Shown in pieces: positions 1-8,507 of a DNA stretch of 64,000 nucleotides. This stretch comes from OCS155 cluster bacterium AG-349-E07 (GTDB taxonomy: Bacteria > Actinomycetota > Acidimicrobiia > Actinomarinales > Actinomarinaceae). The DNA is taken from contig QCCZ01000001.1 in NCBI GenBank assembly GCA_003281085.1, positions 251,433 to 315,432 of the forward strand, read 5' to 3'. The position numbers and the translations under genes were made by a program. The notes beneath the pieces were generated by a model that ran no database searches, was not told the DNA's origin, and saw nothing but the letters and a program-made list of their open reading frames with translations. How positions within the stretch are numbered: the stretch's first letter is position 1; each line of letters opens with the position of its first letter.

Positions 1-384
1 GTTGCTTCAAATGTTGTAAAAAAGATAAACGAAATTGGAATCAGAAATGTACCGTGTCACCAAGATCTTTACCATGCAAATTTCGTAATCTATGAAAATA
101 AAACAATTCTTATTGATTGGGAATACTCATCTATGGGAGATAGCTACTTTGATTATGCAGACTTATTTTGGCAAAATGAATTTGATCATAATGACGAATT
201 TAAAAAAAGTTCATTAATAGAAATAGGGATAGAGTCTGACGAAGATATTGAAAAATTTGAGTACTTTGAAATGCTCTCTATGATTACTTGGGGCCTATGG
301 GCGTTAAGAAGGTCTCCAAATGATAATGATGGCTTAATGGCAATAAATAATGCAATAAAATTAAGCAAAATTAAAAAACTTTGA
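1..384 (+). CDS. Choline/ethanolamine kinase-like phosphotransferase (APH family), 5'-truncated by window edge
   Basis: Frame +1 is open from base 1: CHQDLYHANF (Brenner HxDxxxxN motif) then LIDWEYSSMGDSYFD; the track ORF 133..384 is only the C-terminal part. Confidence 0.8.
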   Translation, partial: VASNVVKKINEIGIRNVPCHQDLYHANFVIYENKTILIDWEYSSMGDSYFDYADLFWQNEFDHNDEFKKSSLIEIGIESDEDIEKFEYFEMLSMITWGLWALRRSPNDNDGLMAINNAIKLSKIKKL

Positions 385-455
385 AAAGATTTTCAATTAA
401 TGGTGAAAATCAGTTAGAATTTCGCAGTTAGGAAAAAAGGAAAAAAATTTAATTT

Positions 456-551
456 ATGGGATCTTTGATCAAAAAAAGACGTAAGAAAATGTCAAAACAT
501 AAATATCGTAAACGTCGTAAATCAAATAGACATAAGAAGAAAAGCGTCTAG
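456..551 (+). CDS. Small basic ribosomal protein bS22 (AURKAIP1/COX24 family), 31 aa, not in ORF track
   Basis: ATG 456 to TAG 549-551 translates MGSLIKKRRKKMSKHKYRKRRKSNRHKKKSV, matching the actinobacterial bS22 start MGSVIKKRRKRM. Confidence 0.9.
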   Translation: MGSLIKKRRKKMSKHKYRKRRKSNRHKKKSV

Positions 552-1400
552 CTAGAGTTCTCTCTCTTCATTTAAAAAGTCTTCAATCTGCTGGACTAAA
601 TTGTCTTCAGAGAAGTTGTCCTCAATACTAACTTCGGCTTCCTCAAGCTTAGAAACATAGTCAGCTAGGTCTTGAGAGTTCTCCATAGCTTTACTTATTT
701 TGAGTTCAAACTGCTGACCTTCACTTTGTATGCCAGAGTCATCAATATCAATTTTTAATATCTCAGAAGTTTTGTTTAAAAGTGCGCTCATTCCTTTAGG
801 ATATCCACCACTACTTAAGTAATGCGGAACAGCAGCCCAAAGACCAGAAGTCTCAATTCCATTATCTCTTAAAGATTGCCCAACAACACTTGTTATGCCT
901 GTTGGTCCTGAGTAATTAGGATTGAGAACATTAAAGCGAGAGTGAAATGTAGGATCTCCACTAACGCCGAAAATTGGAACAGGAAGAGTATGTGCTACTT
1001 GTCCAAAAAAAGCTCCTAAGGTAACAGCTTTTTTGACACCTAGCTCTAAAAGGGTTTCTGTTATATTTTTTGAATATTCTTTCCATCTCATTGATGGCTC
1101 TTCTCCGAATACCAAAATTAGATCACTTTTGAGTTTGTAATCCTCAATTGAATAGAAAGAAGTTTGAGGCCAATGAAAGTTTCTTTCACCAAAGTCTTTA
1201 ACCTCAACAATCGGCCTTCTCATTTGATAGTTATAGTAAGAATCAGAATCTAGCTCAGCAAAAGGATCTACGTCATATGTGCAGCTTAAATTCTCAACAC
1301 AGCCAGTAGCTGTATTGCCTGCATCGCTCCACCCTTCAAAGGCAAGTATTGCTACAGGTTCTGATAAAAGTGGCTTTCTATACCAAACTACATCTTCCAT
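552..1400 (-). CDS. PAC2 family proteasome assembly chaperone-like protein
   Basis: AFEGWSDAG, GEEPSMRW and LWAAVPHY motifs of actinobacterial PAC2 proteins. Confidence 0.9.
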   Translation of the reverse strand: MEDVVWYRKPLLSEPVAILAFEGWSDAGNTATGCVENLSCTYDVDPFAELDSDSYYNYQMRRPIVEVKDFGERNFHWPQTSFYSIEDYKLKSDLILVFGEEPSMRWKEYSKNITETLLELGVKKAVTLGAFFGQVAHTLPVPIFGVSGDPTFHSRFNVLNPNYSGPTGITSVVGQSLRDNGIETSGLWAAVPHYLSSGGYPKGMSALLNKTSEILKIDIDDSGIQSEGQQFELKISKAMENSQDLADYVSKLEEAEVSIEDNFSEDNLVQQIEDFLNEEREL

Positions 1401-1443
1401 AATGAAAGATTAATGTTTTAATAGATTTATATAATATAAATTT

Positions 1444-3534
1444 TTATAGTTTTCTTGATGAATTCAAAACTACTGAAATGCTTGATAGTGCCATGGCTAA
1501 AGCTGCTAAATTTGGAGTAATTGCCCCATACACAGCCAATGGAATCATTGAGGTGTTGTAAACAAAAGCAAGGAATAGATTTTGATAAATTCTACTTTTA
1601 GATTTTTTTGATAATTTAAAAATTTCAGAAATTGTATCTAAACCGCCCTTGTGAATTAAAATATCACCAGCTACTTGTGCTATTTGACTACTACTAGAGG
1701 TAGTTATACCAATATCCGCTTGTTTTATTGAAGGGGAATCATTTACTCCATCTCCAACATAAATAATTTTTTCTTCTAGTTGTTTATTTTTAATAAAGTC
1801 TAACTTTTCTTCTGGAGATTTATTTGAATGATATTTGTCCACCCCAATACTTCTAGCAAACTTTTCAACATTTACTTCTTTATCTCCAGAGAGAATAATT
1901 ATTTCTTTTTCATCTTTTAGTATATTTAAGAAATTTGACGATACGGATACCTCTTCTTCTAAGTAGAGATCAATTTTTTGCTCGTCAATTTTAACAATGA
2001 TTGAAGACTCGTTAGAGTCTTCATTTTTTTCAATTAAAACTTTTTTCTCATCAACTATACCTTGTATCCCTAAGCCGGGAACTTCCTTGACATTATCAGC
2101 TTTAAGCAATTTCAAATCTCGTAATTCTGCTTCATAAACAATACTTCTTGCAATCGGATGCTGAGAATAGTTTTCAAGACTTGCAATAATTTGTAAAATT
2201 GTATTTTCCGTTAGAGATGTATTATTGTCGATCTTTGATATTTTAAAAATACCAGAAGAAAGGGTACCTGTTTTATCAAAAATAAGAGTATTTATATCAC
2301 CAAATTTCTGCAAAATATCAAAATTTTTGAATAAGTATCCCTGTTTTTTACTGAGAGTTGCAGTCTTAAACAAAACTATTGGAGTTGCTAATCCTAATGC
2401 ACAAGGACATGCAATCACCAAAACTGCTATTGAATTTTTTAAGGCATCTAATAATGTGAAATCGCTAATAAAGAATCTAAATAGGAAAGTTAGAAGACTA
2501 ATAAAAAGAACAACTGGAACGAAGTATTGAGTTACTTTGTCCAATGATTTTTGAATCTCTGGTTTAGTTGCTTGAGCCGTTCTAATTAATTCTTCAATTA
2601 TGTTGTAGGTAGATTTTTGATAAGACTCTTGGACAGAGACCTTTAATGCACCATCTAAATTTATACTTCCACCTACAACTAAGTCCCCAGGATTTTTAAC
2701 TAGAGGAATTGACTCTCCAGTTAATAAACTTTCATCAACAGTTGTTGAACCTTCTAAAACAACACCATCAACAGGAATAATCTCTCCAGGGCTTACTTTA
2801 AATAAATCACCAATTGTAACTTCTTTAATAGGTACTTCAAGATGCTCCCCACCTCTTTCCACAATTAAAGTTTTAGGCATTCTGCTTTTTATTGATTCAG
2901 ATTCATTTACGGATTCCTCTATAACCTTATCTTCTATTGCTTTACCAATTAAGATAAATGAAACTATGAAAGCTCCGGTATCTAGGAACATTTTATTATT
3001 TGTGATTGATAAATCAGAGCTAAGAACAGTGCTTGGTAACAGTGAAATAATAAGCGCACTCAAGCTACCGATTGAAATTAGAGTATCCATATTAAAATCA
3101 AGAAATTTAATTTTTTTAAAAGCAGAAATATGAAAATTTCTACCAAGTATCAAGATAACAAAAGAGCCTATTGCATAAGATAAGATATCTAGCCCAGCTT
3201 CAAATGTAAATCTGAGAATGTAAGTAAGAAACAATGAAAATAAAGGTATTAAAAATTTAAATCTAACTTTACTTCCTGAACTAAGGCTGTCTGCTTCTTT
3301 TGCCTTATAGCCAATAGTGTTTACTTTTTTAATTAAATTATCAACATCAAATTCGTCATTATTTTTAATGTCAACAATTGCAGACTTTAAAGGAAAGCTT
3401 ACAGATACGTCTAAGACATCTTCTTGTTTTGAAATTACTCGTTCTATCCGTGCAGCACATGCAGCACATGTCATGCCTTCGATGTCTAAATTTAAAGTAT
3501 TATTCTGACTGGACAACTGTGTAGCCTTGTTCAT
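1444..3534 (-). CDS. copA: Cu(I)-translocating P1B-type ATPase
   Basis: GMTCAAC HMA domain, TGES, CPCALGLATP, DKTGT, HP, GDGVND, YN and MxxSS Cu ligands; true start may be TTG at 3516. Confidence 0.93.
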   Translation of the reverse strand: MNKATQLSSQNNTLNLDIEGMTCAACAARIERVISKQEDVLDVSVSFPLKSAIVDIKNNDEFDVDNLIKKVNTIGYKAKEADSLSSGSKVRFKFLIPLFSLFLTYILRFTFEAGLDILSYAIGSFVILILGRNFHISAFKKIKFLDFNMDTLISIGSLSALIISLLPSTVLSSDLSITNNKMFLDTGAFIVSFILIGKAIEDKVIEESVNESESIKSRMPKTLIVERGGEHLEVPIKEVTIGDLFKVSPGEIIPVDGVVLEGSTTVDESLLTGESIPLVKNPGDLVVGGSINLDGALKVSVQESYQKSTYNIIEELIRTAQATKPEIQKSLDKVTQYFVPVVLFISLLTFLFRFFISDFTLLDALKNSIAVLVIACPCALGLATPIVLFKTATLSKKQGYLFKNFDILQKFGDINTLIFDKTGTLSSGIFKISKIDNNTSLTENTILQIIASLENYSQHPIARSIVYEAELRDLKLLKADNVKEVPGLGIQGIVDEKKVLIEKNEDSNESSIIVKIDEQKIDLYLEEEVSVSSNFLNILKDEKEIIILSGDKEVNVEKFARSIGVDKYHSNKSPEEKLDFIKNKQLEEKIIYVGDGVNDSPSIKQADIGITTSSSSQIAQVAGDILIHKGGLDTISEIFKLSKKSKSRIYQNLFLAFVYNTSMIPLAVYGAITPNLAALAMALSSISVVLNSSRKL

Positions 3535-3709
3535 CTAACAGTTGAGAAACATTCATCATGTCTAAATCAGAAGATGAGATAACTTCAACTGATTTTTTCT
3601 CAATATCAACTGAAACGCTTTCTATTGATTCAACATTATTTAATGTAGATTCAATCGTATCCTTACAATGACCACAACTGATTTCAGGAACTGTAAATAC
3701 AACATTCAT
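3500..3709 (-). CDS. copZ: Copper chaperone (HMA domain)
   Basis: VPEISCGHC motif, about 69 aa, overlaps copA start; ATG at 3709 preferred over the track start at 3718. Confidence 0.88.
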   Translation of the reverse strand: MNVVFTVPEISCGHCKDTIESTLNNVESIESVSVDIEKKSVEVISSSDLDMMNVSQLLDEQGYTVVQSE

Positions 3710-3721
3710 AATTATCAATAT

Positions 3722-3740
3722 TAATACTCGGCGGGCTATA
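3722..3740. promoter_or_regulatory. Possible CsoR-type copper operator upstream of copZ
   Basis: TAATACTCGGCGGGCTATA: GC-rich core flanked by ATAC/CTAT in AT-rich DNA just upstream of copZ; imperfect match to the CsoR TAC..GC-tract..GTA pattern. Confidence 0.3.
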
Positions 3741-3741
3741 A

Positions 3742-3769
3742 ATAAGCCCCTAATTTCTTAGGGGCTTAT
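3742..3769 (-). terminator. Intrinsic terminator-like hairpin
   Basis: Perfect 12-bp stem ATAAGCCCCTAA-TTTC-TTAGGGGCTTAT downstream of ORF 3814..4008; U-tail is short. Confidence 0.7.
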
Positions 3770-3813
3770 AAGAAATCTCTTGGGGGAGATTCCGTTAGGG
3801 GGGTCTTTAAAAC
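3742..3813 (-). ncRNA. Candidate C-rich (6C-like) small RNA or structured 3' UTR
   Basis: Minus strand: GACCCCCCTAAC, then hairpin GGAATCTC-CCCCAA-GAGATTTC, then the terminator hairpin. Confidence 0.4.
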
Positions 3814-4008
3814 TTAAGCAGTTTCTTGTAGAATTCTGCCTCTAACTCTAGGATATTTCACAGGAGCATGATTAAAGCAGTGATCTCTCTTGTTATAAAT
3901 ACTTAATTGAGTACTACAAGATTCATCTTTGCACACTCTGCCCTGGTCAAAACTCTTTGATGGCCTAATTCCGCCCTTTATTTGACTCGCTTTTAATCCG
4001 TCTGTCAT
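3814..4008 (-). CDS. Small basic putative zinc-finger protein (C-x4-C-x12-C-x2-H), paralog of 28029..28229
   Basis: AAGGA SD; 32 of the first 57 residues identical, ungapped, to the second copy. Confidence 0.85.
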   Translation of the reverse strand: MTDGLKASQIKGGIRPSKSFDQGRVCKDESCSTQLSIYNKRDHCFNHAPVKYPRVRGRILQETA

Positions 4009-4026
4009 TTTATTCCTTTATATACT

Positions 4027-4044
4027 TTGTGAATATATTCACAA
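4027..4044. promoter_or_regulatory. Rex operator-type palindrome (also fits CRP/GlxR spacing)
   Basis: Perfect TTGTGAA-TATA-TTCACAA matching Rex consensus TTGTGAA-N4-TTCACAA, between a TATGTT -10 and the SD of ORF 3814..4008. Confidence 0.75.
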
Positions 4045-4073
4045 GCTTAACATAAATATTTTAGAATACAATT

Positions 4074-5972
4074 TTAAATAAGCAAGTTCTTTTGAAATAA
4101 AAAAGCTTCATCATCCCACTTTCTACCTAGGAAGCTTTGCACCATATTTTCTGCAGGAATAGTACCTCCGGGCTTGAGAATCTTATTTTTGTAATCAACA
4201 CCTACTGAATTTGAAAGCACTCCTTCATTTTCAAATCTGCTAAACAAGTCATCACCAATAATTTCTGCCCATAAGTATCCATAGTAAGCAGCATCATATC
4301 CACCAAGTAAATGACCAAATGCTGCCAAATGATTTGTATCTTTGGGGTAGGTGATATTAGTTACTAACTGAGAAGCTTGTTCGATTTGTAAAAGGTCATC
4401 ATTGAAATTCTCACCATGCATATGTTGATCAGCAAGTCCAAAAGATACTTGCCTTAATGCCAACAAACTAACTCCAATGTTTTTTGATTCGTTTAGCTTT
4501 TTACATAGTTGTTCAGACAATGGTTCTGAAGTTTCAATATGTTTTGAAATCCTTTTTAAACACTCTACTTTCCAAACCCAGTGCTCCATAATCTGACTAG
4601 GAGCTTCCACAAAATCCCACTCACAATTTGCACCCACAAACCTTGTATATTTTGATTTACCAATTCCATTATGTAAGACATGACCAAATTCATGAAACAA
4701 GGTTTCAACTTCATCAAAAGTCATAAGCCCATCTCCTGTATTAGGATTTGGAAAATTTGCGACCATTGAACATACTGGTAGCTCTTGCCTTTCGGAACCA
4801 CCAGAAGAAATATCAAATACTGCTGCATGGGTAAACTTTCCTTCTCTTGGATAGAGGTCTAAATAAAAGTAAGCTAGTTGTTCACCATTTTTTTCCCACA
4901 AAGACCAAAGTTCAACATCTTCATGCCACGCAGTTTCATTTGATTCTGACTTAATTTCTAAATCAAAAACTTCTTCACAAACTTTGAACATTTCATTTTT
5001 TACATCATGAATAAAAAAATATTTTTTTAGTTCACTATTTTCTATATTGCTAGTTTTGCTTCTTTTTGATGAAATAAAGTATCGAATATCCCATGGTGAA
5101 ATATCATTAATTTCAATATCATCTATTACAAGGTCTTTTTTTTCTTTCTCAGCAGCTTTTTGCAACTTAGGGATTAAATCTTTATACATAGCATCAACAT
5201 TTTTTGGATTTTTTGCCATTCTGTTTTGCAATCTATATTCAGCCCATGTTTTAAATCCAAACAATTTAGATTTTTCATTTCTTAGCAAAACAGCTTCTTT
5301 AAGGATTGGAATATTATCTTCTACAGCCCGATTATTAAAAGCTTTCCAAACCATTTCTCTTGTGTTCCTGACATTACAGTTTTCAGATACTGCATTTACA
5401 TCAGGATATGCCATTGTAATAATAAATTTTTCTCCATCTTTTTTTAAGTTGTTAAGTTCATTTTTGCTTAAACCGCTTAATTCAACTTCTGAAAATTTAA
5501 GCTCTGTTTTATCTTTTGCTATATTTTCTGAAAAAGCGATACCAAGCTCTATAAGCTTTTTATCAATCTCTATTAACCTATGTCTGCTTTTATCTGACAA
5601 ACCATGACCAGCATTTTTAAAATCTATGCCTAAATCTTTGTGAAACTCAATACTCTCTTTATCTGCATCTGAAATATCAATTTCATTATATTTTTTGTAA
5701 AGATCATCATCATTAAATATTTCAAGTGCAAAATTTTGTATTTTTGAATCTGCTTCATTTCCAAAATCTCTGATCTTTTTTTCAGGGTGTACATCTCCAA
5801 GAAAAGCAATCCTTCCTGAAACGTCATAAACTGTACTTTCTAAATCATTAAAATCATTTAAATTAACGTTTGTTGATGACTTTATGTTTTCAACTAATTT
5901 TTTACATTCTTCTAAAGTGCTATCCAAATCGTTATTCAAGCTCTCTAAGTTTGCCTCAGAATAGTTAAACAT
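4074..5972 (-). CDS. M3 family metallo-oligopeptidase (thimet oligopeptidase/PrlC-like)
   Basis: LDLYPREGK, FHEFGH zinc motif, DFVEAPSQ, GYDAAYYGYLWAE; GGAGG SD. Confidence 0.93.
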   Translation of the reverse strand: MFNYSEANLESLNNDLDSTLEECKKLVENIKSSTNVNLNDFNDLESTVYDVSGRIAFLGDVHPEKKIRDFGNEADSKIQNFALEIFNDDDLYKKYNEIDISDADKESIEFHKDLGIDFKNAGHGLSDKSRHRLIEIDKKLIELGIAFSENIAKDKTELKFSEVELSGLSKNELNNLKKDGEKFIITMAYPDVNAVSENCNVRNTREMVWKAFNNRAVEDNIPILKEAVLLRNEKSKLFGFKTWAEYRLQNRMAKNPKNVDAMYKDLIPKLQKAAEKEKKDLVIDDIEINDISPWDIRYFISSKRSKTSNIENSELKKYFFIHDVKNEMFKVCEEVFDLEIKSESNETAWHEDVELWSLWEKNGEQLAYFYLDLYPREGKFTHAAVFDISSGGSERQELPVCSMVANFPNPNTGDGLMTFDEVETLFHEFGHVLHNGIGKSKYTRFVGANCEWDFVEAPSQIMEHWVWKVECLKRISKHIETSEPLSEQLCKKLNESKNIGVSLLALRQVSFGLADQHMHGENFNDDLLQIEQASQLVTNITYPKDTNHLAAFGHLLGGYDAAYYGYLWAEIIGDDLFSRFENEGVLSNSVGVDYKNKILKPGGTIPAENMVQSFLGRKWDDEAFLFQKNLLI

Positions 5973-6008
5973 AAACCTCCTTAATCTAAGTTATGATACT
6001 ATTAAATT

Positions 6009-6245
6009 ATGGAAATAAAATTAGAGTTTTGTGTAGTCTGAAACTACACCCCTCGTGCAGTTAGTACGATAGAAGACATCTTAGAAATTTACGGAAACAA
6101 AGTAACCTCGATCAATTTAATTCCAAGTGGTGGAGGAGTATTTGAATTCCACCTAGATGACAATTTATTATTTTCAAAAAAAGAACTAGGTCGACATACT
6201 GAGGACGGTGAGATTCTTAAGCTCATAGAAGAAGCGCTTGATTGA
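6009..6245 (+). CDS. SelW/SelT/SelH (Rdx) family selenoprotein, 78 aa, Sec at codon 11 (TGA 6039-6041)
   Basis: MEIKLEFCVV-U-NYTPRAV...LIPSGGGVFEFHLDDNLLFSKKELGRH: CxxU plus GxFEV-like and FSK Rdx motifs continue in frame past the TGA. Confidence 0.93.
6053..6069 (+). promoter_or_regulatory. Candidate bacterial SECIS hairpin of the Rdx selenoprotein
   Basis: TCGTGC-AGTTA-GTACGA 6-bp stem (one G-U pair); loop begins 17 nt after the UGA and has G at its second position. Confidence 0.5.
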
Positions 6246-6976
6246 GTCTACCTTTTGACCTAACCCTTTTTGAATTAATCCTTATTGCTCTATTAATCTT
6301 TATAGGATCATCAGTTCAAGGAATACTGGGATTTGGATTTGCTGTTATTGCATCACCTATAGTTGTACAAATTGAAGCACTGTTAGTTCCTCAACTCTTA
6401 TCACTATTGGGTTTACCGTTAGCAATTCGAGTATTTGTAAGAGAAAGAAATAAAGTTGATTTAAGTTCAGTAAAACCTTTAGTCGCAGGCAGGTTTGTTG
6501 GGGGGCCAATCGGTTTGTTGTTTTTATCAATATTAAATGAAAAATATCTTTCTATTTCTGTAGGTTTAATAGTTTTTTTAGCTGGAATAGCTTCTTTTTT
6601 TGGATGGGTAATTAAAAGAAACAAAACCAATTCTTTCATTGCAGGTACATTTTCTGGAATTTTTGGAATGATTGCCGCAATAGGAGGCCCTCCAATTGCT
6701 CTTCTGTATCGAGATGCCGATCCAGACGAATTTAGACCATCATTAAATAGTGTTTTTATAATTGGAATACTAATCACTTTGTCTTTGCTTGCCTTTACTG
6801 GAAGGATCTACATTGATCACATTTATTTATTTTTGATCAATATTCCATTTGTTTTTTTAGGAATTAGATTATCAAGCTTAATTTTTTCTAAAGTTTCTCA
6901 GAGTTTTCTGTCTGCGTCAGTGACTTATTTTTCTATTTTTTCTGGTTTATATGTGATATTAAGAAATATAAATTAG
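6242..6976 (+). CDS. TauE/SafE (TSUP) family sulfite/organosulfur exporter
   Basis: VQGILGFGF and AIGGPP motifs, about 8 TM; TTG start overlaps the Rdx stop (TTGA). Confidence 0.88.
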   Translation: MSLPFDLTLFELILIALLIFIGSSVQGILGFGFAVIASPIVVQIEALLVPQLLSLLGLPLAIRVFVRERNKVDLSSVKPLVAGRFVGGPIGLLFLSILNEKYLSISVGLIVFLAGIASFFGWVIKRNKTNSFIAGTFSGIFGMIAAIGGPPIALLYRDADPDEFRPSLNSVFIIGILITLSLLAFTGRIYIDHIYLFLINIPFVFLGIRLSSLIFSKVSQSFLSASVTYFSIFSGLYVILRNIN

Positions 6977-7013
6977 TTTATTTCATGAGGTCTAATTATT
7001 AACATAAAAAGAT

Positions 7014-8507
7014 ATGTTAATACGAGCATCCTTAGGAGGGGTACTATATTTTTTAAGCTTTCCTCCTTTTGACTTCTGGTTTTTAATTTTTCCAGCACTG
7101 TATTTTTTTTACTATTCATTGTTATCAGATAAAAAATCTTTTTTAACAGGGTTTATATTTGGGAGTGTCACCTATGGTGTAATTTTATTAGGAATTCAAT
7201 CAATAGGACTTGAAGCATGGATTCCATTAACAATTTTGATGGGATTGATGTATGGAATATTCGCAAAACTGTTTTCTTATCTAAATACAAAATCTGATAA
7301 CAATTTCTTTGTATTGTTGTCAGTTATAGCAATTTTTGATTTGATTAGAGCATATTTTCCATTTGGCGGTTTTCCTTGGGGTTTTCCCTCAACGGTTTTA
7401 TTAACTGGTCCTATAGACAGTTGGTTCATGCTAGATGCTCGTTTATCTTTTGAAGGCTTTGGACCAACTGGATCTTCTCTTTTACTACAATCCTTTTCTT
7501 TAATAATTGCACTTGGTGTCTTTTCAAAAAACAAACAAAAAAATTATTTTAAAAATTATATGATATTTTCATTAGTAGTTTTTTCAATATACGTTTTCAG
7601 TCTTGTAATTATTAATACTGATTACGATGATGCTCAATTAGTAGCATCAGAACTAAACATCGCAATCATTCAAGGTAACAGCCCATGTCCTGGTGCCAAA
7701 AATAGATGTAGTAATGAAAGACAAAAAATATACGATAGCCATTTAACTCAAACCCAATCTCTTGACGGAAATTTTGACCTTGTAGTTTGGCCCGAGAGCT
7801 CAACAGGATTTAACAATGATCCTGGAATACATAGTAGAGTTCAAAACGATATTGCTACCGAAGCTTTGAGGCTAGATTCATATTTTTTAATAGGAGGAGA
7901 CAGACCTATACAAAATCAATATTTTGAAAATTATGGAGTCTTTATAAACAAAGATGGTGAGATTATAGATCAATATTTAAAACAACACCCGGTGCCCTTT
8001 GGAGAGTATATTCCATTTAGAAAATATTTAGACTGGATTCCTCCGTTAGCACTAGTTCCACGTGACATGATCAGGGGTGATGGTCAAAAAATATTTATGG
8101 TAAACAATACGAAAATTTCAACTGTTATCTCATTTGAAGGATCGTTCCAAAGATATATCAGGAATAGTGTTCAGGATGGTGCAGAATTAGTTGTAATACT
8201 TACTAACCAAGCAAGTTATGGAGAAAGCGGTATGTCAGATCAATTTATATTAATGTCTAGGGCAAATGCAATTTCAAATGGGAGACCAATTGTACATGCG
8301 GCTATAACTGGTAAATCAGCATTTATTGATCATAAGGGAAAAGTGATTGCTAAAACGAAATTATTTGAAACAGGAGTACTTACTGAAAAACTTGAGGCAA
8401 AACAGAAAGAAACTCCATACAGCAGATATGGAAATTATTTAAATTATATTTTTATAATATTTGGTGCCTTTGTTTTTGGTAAAAAATTTATTCGTCCAAC
8501 TGATTAA
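7014..8507 (+). CDS. lnt: Apolipoprotein N-acyltransferase with Cys-to-Ser at the nucleophile position
   Basis: GGFPWG, IIQGN, VVWPES, YLKQHPVPFGEYIP; the canonical ICYE reads ISFE. Confidence 0.9.
   Translation: MLIRASLGGVLYFLSFPPFDFWFLIFPALYFFYYSLLSDKKSFLTGFIFGSVTYGVILLGIQSIGLEAWIPLTILMGLMYGIFAKLFSYLNTKSDNNFFVLLSVIAIFDLIRAYFPFGGFPWGFPSTVLLTGPIDSWFMLDARLSFEGFGPTGSSLLLQSFSLIIALGVFSKNKQKNYFKNYMIFSLVVFSIYVFSLVIINTDYDDAQLVASELNIAIIQGNSPCPGAKNRCSNERQKIYDSHLTQTQSLDGNFDLVVWPESSTGFNNDPGIHSRVQNDIATEALRLDSYFLIGGDRPIQNQYFENYGVFINKDGEIIDQYLKQHPVPFGEYIPFRKYLDWIPPLALVPRDMIRGDGQKIFMVNNTKISTVISFEGSFQRYIRNSVQDGAELVVILTNQASYGESGMSDQFILMSRANAISNGRPIVHAAITGKSAFIDHKGKVIAKTKLFETGVLTEKLEAKQKETPYSRYGNYLNYIFIIFGAFVFGKKFIRPTD

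Noticed and set aside
5983-5991. AATCTAAGT, identical to the dnaK operator half-site, upstream of the M3 peptidase
   Set aside because: Only one half-site, and an AT-rich 9-mer can recur by chance
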